From Longimicrobiales bacterium (GTDB taxonomy: Bacteria > Gemmatimonadota > Gemmatimonadetes > Longimicrobiales > Gaopeijiaceae): DNA of 64,000 bases. The stretch covers positions 2,144,001 through 2,208,000 of the forward strand of contig CBDFIQ010000002.1 of assembly GCA_965248195.1 (NCBI GenBank), read 5' to 3'. The notes beneath the pieces are model-generated. The model saw only the letters and a list, made by a program, of their open reading frames with translations. It was not told where the DNA came from and did no database searches. Shown here piece by piece: positions 9,171-18,652 of this stretch. Within the stretch, counting starts at the first letter, position 1; the number at the start of each line of letters is the position of its first letter. The translations under genes were made by a program, and so were the position numbers.

Positions 9171-10271
9171 ATGAGGAGTCAACGCATCCTGGTTGCCATG
9201 TCGGGTGGCGTAGACTCCTCGGTCGCAGCTGCTCTTCTCGTCCAGCAGGGACACGACGTAGTGGGTGCAACGATGAAGACCTTCTGCTATTCCGGCGAGG
9301 AGGCGCACTCCAAGACGTGTTGCGGGCTCGACGGTATCACCGACGCCCGCCGCGTCTCGGACACATTAGGAATTCCGCATTACGTTTTCGACGTGGAGGA
9401 GGACTTCACGCGCGACGTGATCGACGACTTCGTCTCCGAGTACGCCCGTGGCCGGACGCCAAATCCATGCGTGCGCTGCAATTCCAACACGAAGTTTCAG
9501 GATCTCATGCAGCGAGGGCGACTCTTGGGTTGTGACGGGATCGCCTCCGGCCATTACGTCCGGATCGATCACTCGAACCCCTCCACTCCGACGCTTTACC
9601 GGGGTGTCGATACATCGAAGGATCAGTCCTACTTTCTCTGGGGCCTCCCCGCGGAGATGCTGCCTCTTCTCCATTTTCCTCTTGGGGACCTGACGAAAAC
9701 GCAGGTACGGGAACACGCGCGTGCGCTCCGCCTTGTCACCGCCGATAAGCCAGAGTCGCAGGAAATCTGTTTCGTGCCCACGGGAGATTACCGCGATCTC
9801 CTCGAGAAGAGGCTCGAAACGCGGCATCCGGCCCTGGAGCCGGGCCTTATCGTAACAAGCGATGGCTCGGTGCTCGGAGAGCACTCGGGGTACGCCAATT
9901 TCACGGTCGGCCAGCGCAAGGGACTCGGTGGGGGCTTCGGCCAGCCTCTCTACGTAATCGAGATCCGGGCGGATTCTCGCGAAGTCGTGGTGGGGACGGC
10001 CGAAGAGGGCGCATCCGGGGGCGTCGAGATCGGTGAGGTGAACTGGCTTGCGACACCTTCGCCGGTGGACTCAGCCGTTCGCGTGCAGATCCGGTACCGC
10101 GCTACGGCCGTTCCTGCGACGGTGAAGTCGACCGACGGGCGGGTTCTGCTGGCCTTCGACGAGCCTCAGCGAGCCGTGACGCCGGGGCAATCGGCGGTCT
10201 TCTTCGAGGGCGAGCAGGTTCTTGGCGGCGGACGCATCGAACGCTCTTTGGTCAGTTCCAAGGACTGTTGA
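9171..10271 (+). CDS. mnmA: tRNA 2-thiouridine(34) synthase MnmA
   Basis: AMSGGVDSS, TPNPCVRCN, KDQSYFL, ESQEICF, TPGQSAVF. Confidence 0.96.
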   Translation: MRSQRILVAMSGGVDSSVAAALLVQQGHDVVGATMKTFCYSGEEAHSKTCCGLDGITDARRVSDTLGIPHYVFDVEEDFTRDVIDDFVSEYARGRTPNPCVRCNSNTKFQDLMQRGRLLGCDGIASGHYVRIDHSNPSTPTLYRGVDTSKDQSYFLWGLPAEMLPLLHFPLGDLTKTQVREHARALRLVTADKPESQEICFVPTGDYRDLLEKRLETRHPALEPGLIVTSDGSVLGEHSGYANFTVGQRKGLGGGFGQPLYVIEIRADSREVVVGTAEEGASGGVEIGEVNWLATPSPVDSAVRVQIRYRATAVPATVKSTDGRVLLAFDEPQRAVTPGQSAVFFEGEQVLGGGRIERSLVSSKDC

Positions 10272-10280
10272 AACAAGCCT

Positions 10281-11393
10281 TCAATGCCTCAGACCGGATG
10301 ACGAAGCGAATTCCTTCATTGCTTCCCGTTGCTCGTCGGTCAACGTCTCCGGGATATCCACCTCCACCTCGACGATCTGGTCCCCCACACGCTCTCCCCT
10401 TTCGATCCCCTGTCCCCGAAGGCGAAGCTTCGTCCCATTCTGGGTACCCGGTGGAATCCGGAGATGTACTTTCTTACCGTACACCGTTCTTATCGCCATC
10501 TTCGAGCCGAGCGTGGCCTGGGCGAGATTGACCGGTATGGTCACATGGATGTCCAACCCTTCCCGACGGAAGAAGTCGTGTGGCTTGATCTTGAACATGA
10601 TGATCAGGTCCCCGGGTTTTCCGCCGCGGCTGCCCCGCTCACCCTTCCCGGACAGGCGGACCTTCGATCCGGCCTCCGCACCCTTCGGCACGGTGATCTT
10701 GAACCGCCGGTTCTGGCGTACCGTGCCACTCCCGCTGCATGCCTTGCACGGGGACTCCGGGATCTCCCCGCGGCCGAAGCACGCCGGGCACGGCCGATTG
10801 ACCGCAAAGCCTCCCTGGCCGAAAGAGATCGCGCCAGTGCCTTTGCATTCGCCGCACTTCTGGGTCTGCGTGCCGGGCGATGCGCCCGACCCTCCACACG
10901 TGGCGCATTCCTCCGTGATGGGTACGTCGATGGAAATCTTTCCCCCCCTTGCGGCAGTGAGGAAGGAAATCTCCACCAAGTATTCTATACTGCGCCCCTT
11001 TGCGGGCCCCCTATGCGTTGCTTTTCCTCCGGACTTCGGTCCACGATCGAAGATGGAACTGAAGATGTCCCCGAGGCCTCCGAACCCCTCGAGATCTTCG
11101 AAGGAGAATCCGCCTTCGGCTTCGGCGCCTGAACCTTTCGACGCCCCCCGCCCGCGACCGAATCCGAGGTTGGGAATGCGGCGCATCCGGTCGTAGTGCT
11201 TGCGCTTCTCGGGGTCTGACAGCACCCCGTAGGCCTCCCCGATCCCCTTGAAGCGCCCCGCTGCCTTGGCCCCCGGTTTCGCGTCCGGATGGTACTTCTT
11301 CGCCAATGCCCGGTAGGCCGACTTGATCTCCGCCTGGCTGGCCTTCTCCGAAACGCCGAGCGTCTTGTAGAAGTCCTTGGTGCCTGTGGCCAC
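10281..11393 (-). CDS. dnaJ: Chaperone DnaJ
   Basis: J domain with HPD, G/F region, four CxxCxGxG repeats, C-terminal domains. Confidence 0.95.
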   Translation of the reverse strand: MATGTKDFYKTLGVSEKASQAEIKSAYRALAKKYHPDAKPGAKAAGRFKGIGEAYGVLSDPEKRKHYDRMRRIPNLGFGRGRGASKGSGAEAEGGFSFEDLEGFGGLGDIFSSIFDRGPKSGGKATHRGPAKGRSIEYLVEISFLTAARGGKISIDVPITEECATCGGSGASPGTQTQKCGECKGTGAISFGQGGFAVNRPCPACFGRGEIPESPCKACSGSGTVRQNRRFKITVPKGAEAGSKVRLSGKGERGSRGGKPGDLIIMFKIKPHDFFRREGLDIHVTIPVNLAQATLGSKMAIRTVYGKKVHLRIPPGTQNGTKLRLRGQGIERGERVGDQIVEVEVDIPETLTDEQREAMKEFASSSGLRH

Positions 11394-11402
11394 GACTCTC
11401 GC

Positions 11403-12092
11403 CTATTCGTGTTTGAAGACGGTGACCCGGGCAGGTCGTACGAGGTGGCCTTTGAAGGTGTATCCCTTCTGGAACACGTCCTGGACCTTTTGATCCTCCT
11501 CGGGATCCTCGGTCGGCACGCCCAGCATGGCCTCCATGATGTTGGGATCGAAGAGCTCGCCGACCGGGTCGATCAACTCGACGCCCGCGGCCTCGAGGGC
11601 CTGGCGGAACTTGCGCTCCACAAGGTCGACACCCTCGATCAATGCCTCCACGGTGGTGCTCTCGACCTGCCACGTTCCAACGCGCTGCAGATCATCCAGG
11701 CCGTCGACAAAACTCCGGAGCATGTCCGCCTGGCCTCTCGTCCACGCCTCGGACAACTCGTTCTCGGCCCGGCGGCGATAGTTCGTGAACTCAGCGACCA
11801 ACCGAAGATGACGATCGTCGAACGCAGTGAGCTCCTTCCGCATCTGGTCGAGATCACTTGCCAGCTCGACCCCCGGCTCAGCGACCCCCCGCTCCGCGAC
11901 GTCCTGCTGCACGATCTCCTGCTCCTCTACCTCCTGCCCCTCGACGTCCGGCTCCCCGATCTCGTCGACGGAGGTATTACCCGCCGAAGCGGTCTGGGCG
12001 GATGGCTTCGGCGTTGCGGAGGCGCCCTCTTCCATCGCCTCCGCCTCGGAGGTCGTCATTTTTTGGGGCGTGCTTGTCTTTTTTTTACCCAT
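11403..12092 (-). CDS. grpE: Nucleotide exchange factor GrpE
   Basis: LRLVAEFTNYRRR, GELFDPNIMEA, VFQKGY, LVRPARVTV. Confidence 0.95.
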   Translation of the reverse strand: MGKKKTSTPQKMTTSEAEAMEEGASATPKPSAQTASAGNTSVDEIGEPDVEGQEVEEQEIVQQDVAERGVAEPGVELASDLDQMRKELTAFDDRHLRLVAEFTNYRRRAENELSEAWTRGQADMLRSFVDGLDDLQRVGTWQVESTTVEALIEGVDLVERKFRQALEAAGVELIDPVGELFDPNIMEAMLGVPTEDPEEDQKVQDVFQKGYTFKGHLVRPARVTVFKHE

Positions 12093-12209
12093 CGTGCTCT
12101 CGATATCCCTGGACAGCGGAGGCGCGTCCGACCGGCTTGCCTGTGAATTTACTGCTTCTCGGGCCCTTCGGGAGCCCCGACTCGAGTACGGAATCCACGA
12201 GAGGAGAAT

Positions 12210-13484
12210 TCAGGGGCCGTCGGCCAACATCTGGTAGAGGAGAAGCAGTGCGGCCTGGCTCGCCCGTTCACGGACCGCCTCACGATCCCCGCTGAAGACG
12301 CGGTGCGACGTGCGCACACGTCCCTTCAAAGCCACGGCGAGCCATACTGTGCCCACGGGCTTCTCAGGTGTGCCTCCCCCTGGCCCCGCGACTCCCGTAA
12401 CTCCGACGCCGACGTCGGTGTCCAGAAGGTCGGCGACGCCACGAGCCATGCCGGCCGCAACAGCCTCCGAAACCGCTCCGTTCTCGACGAGCACCACCTC
12501 CTCTACGCCGAGTAAATCTAGCTTGACGCTATCCGCATAGGCGATCACTCCCCCTCGAAAAAAAATCGAGGAGCCGGGGAGATCGGTGAGTCTCTTCGCC
12601 ACGAGCCCCCCCGTACAGCTCTCGGCCACCGCCAAAGTGTGCGATTTCCTCGTCAGGACGTCTGCGACGGCCTCGACCAGGTCGCCCTTCTCCGTCCCGA
12701 TGCGGTAGGGCGCCACGATGGGGTCCAGAAAGGCCTGTGCTTCGTCCAGCAATCGCGCCGCCGTTGGGGCCCGCGCTCGCGTCGAGATGCGTATCGAAAC
12801 ACCCCGGAGGCCAGGAAGAAAAGCCAGGTCGACCTCTCCGGGAAGCCGTGCCCGCACCTCATCGACACGCTCACCGAGTACGGACTCGGGGATCCCTGTC
12901 GTGAAGAGGGTCCGGTGCACGAGAGGCACCAGGCGAGCCTCGAACCGATCACGGATGAGATCCTCGAGTACCCCCTCGAAGATCCCCCGCATTTCGCGAG
13001 GCACCCCCGGCAGAAGCGCCACGGAATGGCCCTCATGCTCCATCAGCAGCCCCGGTGCACTTCCGCGCGCGTTGGCCAGCACCCGAGCCCCGCGAGGCAC
13101 CTCGGCCTGGGATAGATTACTCACAGGCAGGTCCGGAAAACCACAGGCTCGAAAACGTTCACTCAGGTCTTCGACGATCTTTGGATCGGAACGAAGGTCG
13201 AGGCCTAGCAAATCCGCGACGGCCGGCCGCGTCAGATCGTCTCGGGTAGGTCCGAGTCCACCCGTCACGACGATGAAATCGGCCACAGCGAGAGCCGCGG
13301 AAAGCGCGGCCTGAATCGCCTCGGTGTCGTCCCCAACGACCCACCTCCGAACGACAGGCACACCGAGGGACGCCAGCTTCCTACCGAGCCAAGCTCCGTT
13401 CGAATCGGTCGTCTCGCCGGAGAGAAGCTCCTCGCCGACAGTGACAACCGCAGCCGTAACCCCGTTGTTTTGTGACACACGCAA
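12210..13484 (-). CDS. cinA: CinA (MoCF-like domain plus NMN deamidase PncC)
   Basis: VTVGEELLSG, TGGLGPTRDDLT, AVAESCTGG, GVTGVAGPGGG. Confidence 0.95.
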   Translation of the reverse strand: MRVSQNNGVTAAVVTVGEELLSGETTDSNGAWLGRKLASLGVPVVRRWVVGDDTEAIQAALSAALAVADFIVVTGGLGPTRDDLTRPAVADLLGLDLRSDPKIVEDLSERFRACGFPDLPVSNLSQAEVPRGARVLANARGSAPGLLMEHEGHSVALLPGVPREMRGIFEGVLEDLIRDRFEARLVPLVHRTLFTTGIPESVLGERVDEVRARLPGEVDLAFLPGLRGVSIRISTRARAPTAARLLDEAQAFLDPIVAPYRIGTEKGDLVEAVADVLTRKSHTLAVAESCTGGLVAKRLTDLPGSSIFFRGGVIAYADSVKLDLLGVEEVVLVENGAVSEAVAAGMARGVADLLDTDVGVGVTGVAGPGGGTPEKPVGTVWLAVALKGRVRTSHRVFSGDREAVRERASQAALLLLYQMLADGP

Positions 13485-14126
13485 TCAATCCCTGAAGCCC
13501 ATCAGGCCACGGTAGCTCCACAGGTAGTCCACCATGGAGTAGATCGTGAGGATCAGCGCGAGAGCGAGGGTCACCCCGACCCAGGTTGCATGGACTTGAA
13601 CGAAGGCCCTGTAGGGCAGGTTGGCCAGCCCCCGCGCGGCACCGATTTCCTGCAGGGGGTACCACAGCAGGAGCCCGCCCGAAAACAGGTTCTGGAGAAG
13701 CGCCTTGTACTTGCCCGAGGTTCCGGCGGCGATTACCACATCCTGCCGGACGGCCCACTGCCTGAAGAGAGTGACCAGGAGCTCTCTTCCCAGGATCACG
13801 ATCAACACCCACATCGGGAGCATGCCCCACAAGGGAATCAGCCCGGCGTCCCCGCCCCGGTGTGAAATGATGTAGAAAGGGATCAGCGTCGAAACCAGCA
13901 GCAGCTTATCAGCCAGGGGGTCGAGCAGCTTGCCGACGTCGGTGATCCAGCCGTGCTTTCGCGCCAGATACCCGTCCCATACGTCGGACAGCCCGGCCCC
14001 AACGAAGAGGACGAAGGCAGCCAGACGTGCGCCCACGGAGGGTGACAGGGCAAGGAAGAAAATCGCCGGACAGGCTACGATCCGCCCGACCGTGATCACA
14101 TTGGGGAGGTTAGGGCTCCCTGCCAT
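13485..14126 (-). CDS. pgsA: CDP-alcohol phosphatidyltransferase (PgsA-like)
   Basis: NLPNVITVGR; DVWDGYLARK...GKLLDPLADK signature; pgsA-cinA adjacency. Confidence 0.88.
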   Translation of the reverse strand: MAGSPNLPNVITVGRIVACPAIFFLALSPSVGARLAAFVLFVGAGLSDVWDGYLARKHGWITDVGKLLDPLADKLLLVSTLIPFYIISHRGGDAGLIPLWGMLPMWVLIVILGRELLVTLFRQWAVRQDVVIAAGTSGKYKALLQNLFSGGLLLWYPLQEIGAARGLANLPYRAFVQVHATWVGVTLALALILTIYSMVDYLWSYRGLMGFRD

Positions 14127-14133
14127 GATCGCC

Positions 14134-14712
14134 TCAGCTAAGGGCCTGAACGACCATTTTGCTGACCGAGCCCAGCGTCTCGAAGACCCCTTGGCCCTGG
14201 ACCGCTACTCCCTCGAAATCGGGCACTCCCATGGGATTGAGCTGCGATCTGAGCTGGCCCATCGACATGGCGTTGGGCAGATCACGCTTGTTGAATTGCA
14301 TGGCGAACGGGATGTTCGTGAGATCGTAACCGTATGACTCGAGGTTTTCGTAGAGATTGTGCATGGCCTCGATATTCGCCTCCATACGTTCGGCCTGTGA
14401 GTCCGCCACGAAAATCACGCCGTCGACACCCTTCAAGATCAGCTTGCGACTCGCGTTGTAGTAAACCTGACCTGGAACCGTGTACAGGTGAAACCGGGTC
14501 TTGAAGCCCTTCACCTCACCGAGATCGATTGGGAGAAAGTCGAAAAACAGCGTCCGCTCGGTCTCCGTCGCAAGGGAGATCATCTTGCCTTTTTCTTCAG
14601 GATTTACCTTCGAATAAACGTATTCCAAGTTGGTGGTTTTTCCGCCCAACCCCGTGCCATAATAGACGATCTTACAGTTGATTTCCCGGCTGGCGTAGTT
14701 GATCAGCGACAT
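14134..14712 (-). CDS. mglA: MglA-family small Ras-like GTPase
   Basis: [57 protein letters not shown]. Confidence 0.95.
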   Translation of the reverse strand: MSLINYASREINCKIVYYGTGLGGKTTNLEYVYSKVNPEEKGKMISLATETERTLFFDFLPIDLGEVKGFKTRFHLYTVPGQVYYNASRKLILKGVDGVIFVADSQAERMEANIEAMHNLYENLESYGYDLTNIPFAMQFNKRDLPNAMSMGQLRSQLNPMGVPDFEGVAVQGQGVFETLGSVSKMVVQALS

Positions 14713-14903
14713 GAGGAGCTACGCTCTCTTCCGGAATCGCGAGTCGATCACTCCCTCCAAATGCTCTCCCACGATCTCTAGCCCCCGCAGCAGAGCAAAA
14801 ATCGGGATGCAGCGCGACTTGAGGCGGTGACAAAGACGAGCCGTTCCCACCACCTGGGGAAGAAGAGCATAAGGTCGGGCAGAGGGCCACCAACGGCAAC
14901 CTA

Positions 14904-15203
14904 TCAAGTAGACAACGCAGGACCCATCGCGTCCCGCTCCATTCGTTCGACGATCGCCTGAGCCCGCCGACGGAGCGCTTCTCGCGACTCCCAAGCGACG
15001 AAATCTTTCATTAAGTTGATGTGGTCCACGGTGGCATCGGCCTTGGCCATGTATCCCAGAGCGGCAAGACGCCGAAGAAACGAAGGGCTGAAAAGGTCTC
15101 GGCTATGCCGCTGTATCTGATCACGAATCACCCACGCGGCCACCGCCCCCGCGGCGGCTGCCGCCAGAACCGCCATGCCCGTATTCCGTGTTTTCTTGTC
15201 CAT
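14904..15203 (-). CDS. Small membrane-anchored hypothetical protein
   Basis: 99 aa with a single N-terminal TM; starts 3 bp after the recR stop with a GGAG SD. Confidence 0.75.
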   Translation of the reverse strand: MDKKTRNTGMAVLAAAAAGAVAAWVIRDQIQRHSRDLFSPSFLRRLAALGYMAKADATVDHINLMKDFVAWESREALRRRAQAIVERMERDAMGPALST

Positions 15204-15206
15204 AGC

Positions 15207-15800
15207 CTACATCTCCCGTCGCCCGGCCAGAGCTTCGACGATCGTGGAACCATCGACATACTCCAGCTCGCTTCCCACGGGAAGGCCACGTGCCAAACGG
15301 GTGACCCTCGGCCCCAGGGGGCGAATCACTCCCTCCAAATACACCGCCGTGGCCTCTCCCTCGACGCTCGAGTTCGTGGCCACAACGACCTCCTTCACTG
15401 CCCCACTAGACGACCGGATCCGCCCCAAGAGCAGCGTGACGCTTATCTCGTCTGGACCGACTCCATCTAACGGCGAAAGCCGGCCACCCAGCACATGGTA
15501 CAGACCCCTGTATCCCCCTGCTCTTTCGATCGCTCCGACCTCGTAGGCCTCCTCAACGACGCAGATCGTGGCATCGTCTCGGTTCGGATTCGAGCAGATC
15601 TCGCATCGCGCTGATTCCGAAAAATTCCCGCATACCTCACACGGACCGATCTTTTCCGCCAACTCGCGAATCGCCGCGGCGAGGCTGAAGGCCTCCTCGC
15701 GAGGACGTTTCAGGAGGTAGTAGCCAAAGCGTTGGGCGGTCTTGGACCCGACACCCGGAAGGCGTGAAAACTCCGTTATGAGTTGTTGGATGACCGACAC
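15207..15800 (-). CDS. recR: Recombination mediator RecR
   Basis: LPGVGSKTAQR, C4 zinc finger, ICVVE, YHVLGG, TRLARGLPVG. Confidence 0.97.
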   Translation of the reverse strand: MSVIQQLITEFSRLPGVGSKTAQRFGYYLLKRPREEAFSLAAAIRELAEKIGPCEVCGNFSESARCEICSNPNRDDATICVVEEAYEVGAIERAGGYRGLYHVLGGRLSPLDGVGPDEISVTLLLGRIRSSSGAVKEVVVATNSSVEGEATAVYLEGVIRPLGPRVTRLARGLPVGSELEYVDGSTIVEALAGRREM

Positions 15801-15874
15801 TAAAAACTAACAGGTCGACGGAGGGCCCGGGGGGACTTTTTTACGAACACGATCCGTCCGGATGGGCCAACGTG

Positions 15875-16192
15875 CTAGAAAAGGCCGGGGATTTGGATCG
15901 GCATTCCTCCTGCCGCCTTCCGCATGTCTTCCTCATACTGGCCCTGTGCCTTGCTCTGAGCTTCCGTTACCGCAGCCAACACCAGGTCTTCGAGCATCTC
16001 CACGTCCCTCGGATCCACCACCGTGGGATCGATCACGATCCGGGTCACGGTACCCTTTCCGTCTACAGTCGCCGTCACCATCCCCCCACCGGACGACGCA
16101 GAGATCTCGCGGGCTGAAAGCTCCTCTTGTAACTGAGCCATCCGCGCCTGGAGCTGCTGGCCCATTTGCATGAGCTGCTGAATGTCGGTCAT
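15875..16192 (-). CDS. ybaB: YbaB/EbfC nucleoid-associated protein
   Basis: ASSGGGMVTATVDG, DVEMLEDLVLAAV; dnaX-ybaB-recR order. Confidence 0.95.
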   Translation of the reverse strand: MTDIQQLMQMGQQLQARMAQLQEELSAREISASSGGGMVTATVDGKGTVTRIVIDPTVVDPRDVEMLEDLVLAAVTEAQSKAQGQYEEDMRKAAGGMPIQIPGLF

Positions 16193-16223
16193 CGTCAAGC
16201 CCCTGCCTTGCAACGTGTTGGGA

Positions 16224-17876
16224 TCAATCTAGTAATTCCAAGTCAAGTTCGTCCACTGCGTGTTGGAGGAGCGGTTCCCGCTTGATCAGCCCCTTCATCC
16301 TGTCGTTCCGAACCGCCTCGGGACTGATACGCCCGCTGCGCCGAGGCGTGCCATCGTCGGAACCCCGAACTACGATCTCGAGCTCCCCCTTCATCAAAGC
16401 CCCTAGCGCCTTTTGAAGGGTTCTGCGGGCCGAGGCGTCTTCGAGGCGTTCCAGACCCGGTCCGGCTGGAATTTTAATGACCACGACGCCCTCGGCCTCG
16501 GAGTGGGCGACGGTGGCGGCCCTGAGAAATGGGCGCATACCGCTGGGAACTCCAGTGCCTTGCTCGACCAACAAATCCCACGCGTCCGTCGCCGTGAGTG
16601 CGCCGGACGAGCTCTGAGCGGAGGCTCCCTCGGGTACCTGGGGAGCGAGCGAAAGCACCTCGGAAACCGGTTCATCTGTGGATACCCCCCCTGAAGAGGG
16701 CTCCGGTGCCGCCGCGCCGTCCGGTGGAGGGCTCCCGCCAAGACCAGCCAGCAACTCCTCCAACCCCACGGTCCGATCGACATAGCTTATACGCAGCAGA
16801 AGCATTTCAAGCACCACCTGAGGATTCGGACTCCGCCTAAGGCTTCCGGAACTCTCGACGTCGGAGGCCAACGCAAGCATCCGAGTCAGGTCCGCCGGGC
16901 TGAAAGGAGCAAGCCTGGCCTTGAAAGCGTCATGGGTGTCGGCATCGAGATCCGGAGGAGTTCCTCCCAGCGAAATCCTCAGCAGAGCCCGAAGCGAATC
17001 AACCAGGCCGTGGTAGAATTCGATCAGATCGTACCCCTCGTCGAGCAGCCGCTCCACGAAGCCGAAGATCTCGCCATGTTTCCCCTCGGCCCATACGTCC
17101 AAGAGCTCCACGTAGCGCTCGTTATCGACCAGGCCCAGTACCCGGCGCACCGAATCTTGACTGATTTCCCCACCAGTGAGAGCGATCACCTGATCCAACA
17201 GAGAGAGGGCGTCCCTCATCCCTCCGTCGGCCTTCCGCGCGATGGTCCTGATAGCATCTTTCGGAGCGGGAAAGCCCTCTTGGTCGAGCACGGTCACCAG
17301 GCGGTCCATGATGTCGGCGATGCCGATGCGCCGGAAATCGAATCGCTGGCACCGTGAAAGAATCGGCGCCGCGGTCTGCTGGATCTTCTGCGGCTCCGTA
17401 GTCGCGAACACGAAAATCACTCGGGGTGGCGGTTCTTCGAGGATCTTCAGCAGTGTGTTCCAAGCCTCCCGCGTGAGCATGTGGGCCTCATCCACGATGT
17501 AGACCTTGTGGCTGCCTTCCTGCGACGGCGCATACATGGCCCGCTCACGCAGTTGCCTCGCATCCTCCACACCTCGGTTCGAAGCGGCGTCGATCTCAAC
17601 CACGTCTAGCGCGGTCTGCCCGCTCCAGATTCTGGCACAGCTTTCACATTCTCCGCACGGCTCCCCCGAAGCTTCCCTAGCCGAGCAGTTGAGGGACATC
17701 GCGAGCATACGCGCAAGCGTCGTCTTGCCAACGCCTCGGGGGCCGCAGAAAAGGTATGCGTGTCCCACCCGGCCGTCTGATACGGCCCGGCGCAGCGTCT
17801 CGGAGACATGTTCCTGGGTCGCGACATCGGCGAAACGCCGCGGTCGATATTTACGAGCTAACGCCGTGTAGGACAA
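16224..17876 (-). CDS. dnaX: DNA polymerase III subunit gamma/tau
   Basis: TTG start then SYTALARKYRP, GPRGVGKTT, EIDAASNRG, DEAHML, SRCQRF. Confidence 0.96.
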   Translation of the reverse strand: MSYTALARKYRPRRFADVATQEHVSETLRRAVSDGRVGHAYLFCGPRGVGKTTLARMLAMSLNCSAREASGEPCGECESCARIWSGQTALDVVEIDAASNRGVEDARQLRERAMYAPSQEGSHKVYIVDEAHMLTREAWNTLLKILEEPPPRVIFVFATTEPQKIQQTAAPILSRCQRFDFRRIGIADIMDRLVTVLDQEGFPAPKDAIRTIARKADGGMRDALSLLDQVIALTGGEISQDSVRRVLGLVDNERYVELLDVWAEGKHGEIFGFVERLLDEGYDLIEFYHGLVDSLRALLRISLGGTPPDLDADTHDAFKARLAPFSPADLTRMLALASDVESSGSLRRSPNPQVVLEMLLLRISYVDRTVGLEELLAGLGGSPPPDGAAAPEPSSGGVSTDEPVSEVLSLAPQVPEGASAQSSSGALTATDAWDLLVEQGTGVPSGMRPFLRAATVAHSEAEGVVVIKIPAGPGLERLEDASARRTLQKALGALMKGELEIVVRGSDDGTPRRSGRISPEAVRNDRMKGLIKREPLLQHAVDELDLELLD

Positions 17877-17970
17877 CGCTTTACCGTTCCCAGACCGGTG
17901 GTGCGGTAGCCCGGCACGCCGCCACCTGTGGCACGCGGTCGGGTGAGACGCCGCACGAGAAGCAAAAAAA

Positions 17971-18070
17971 ATGCCCCAGGCGACCCGCAGCAACGATCAC
18001 CACACTCACCGCTGCTACCGGCAAGGTCCTGACGGAGTTCGTGGGCTTTCGCCCTACGGACCTGGGGCAC
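17971..18070 (-). ncRNA. ffs: Signal recognition particle small RNA (4.5S)
   Basis: Minus strand CCGUCAGG-ACC-UUGCC-GGU-AGCAGC S-domain; terminal stem UGCCCCAGG/CCUGGGGCA followed by a U-run; usual position upstream of dnaX. Confidence 0.9.
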
Positions 18071-18074
18071 CTGA

Positions 18075-18103
18075 AATTTAGAACTCGACGAAAGGAGCGT
18101 CAA
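18075..18103 (-). promoter_or_regulatory. Sigma70-type promoter for ffs-dnaX
   Basis: TTGACG-17 bp-TAAATT immediately upstream of the SRP RNA. Confidence 0.75.
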
Positions 18104-18169
18104 CGTTACGGAAACCGCACAGAAAATGCCTGTGCGGTAAAGTTGACGGCGGATTTCAGGACGCGGCGA

Positions 18170-18529
18170 TCACTCGGTCCACGCTCCCTCGACGTGCTCC
18201 AATTCAACGGCTCCACCAGGCATTATCCGTACCGAAACGGCGTCGAACCGATAGGATCGTGCGTTGAAGTCACTCCGTGCGATCCACGCGCTGGCGGCGA
18301 CGGAGATCGCGCGGCGCTTTCTCCAGGTGATGGCCTCCAGGGGATGGCCGAATGCGGGCCCGCTGCGGCCCTTTACCTCCACAAACGCGACGAGTCCATC
18401 CTTCTCCACCACGAGGTCTATTTCCTTGCGGAGAAAGCGGACGTTGCGGTCGAGGACTCGCCAACCCCGCTCCTTCAAGAGGGCTTCGGCCAGCGCTTCG
18501 AAACGGCATCCGCGACGTACGGTGTTCAA
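18170..18529 (-). CDS. yraN: YraN family (UPF0102) putative endonuclease
   Basis: GWRVLDRN, EIDLV, FVEVKGR, RFDAVSV; TTG start chosen. Confidence 0.9.
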   Translation of the reverse strand: MNTVRRGCRFEALAEALLKERGWRVLDRNVRFLRKEIDLVVEKDGLVAFVEVKGRSGPAFGHPLEAITWRKRRAISVAASAWIARSDFNARSYRFDAVSVRIMPGGAVELEHVEGAWTE

Positions 18530-18652
18530 AAAATGAAGGGCGTATGCTTCGGGCTCGGGGGGGGAACGTCTACCCCTAGCTTCGCTAGGATGGGAGGGCG
18601 CAGCCATGGTAGGAGGGGCCATCCTGGAAGGCTGTCGAGAACTTAAAACCCT

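Noticed and set aside
18043..18054. GGGC-GAAA-GCCC hairpin in the SRP RNA as a replacement GNRA loop
   Set aside because: The same bases pair in the standard rod fold, so it cannot be supported without probing.
18557..18564. G8 homopolymer upstream of yraN as a phase-variation tract
   Set aside because: Intergenic, short, and unremarkable in a high-GC genome.
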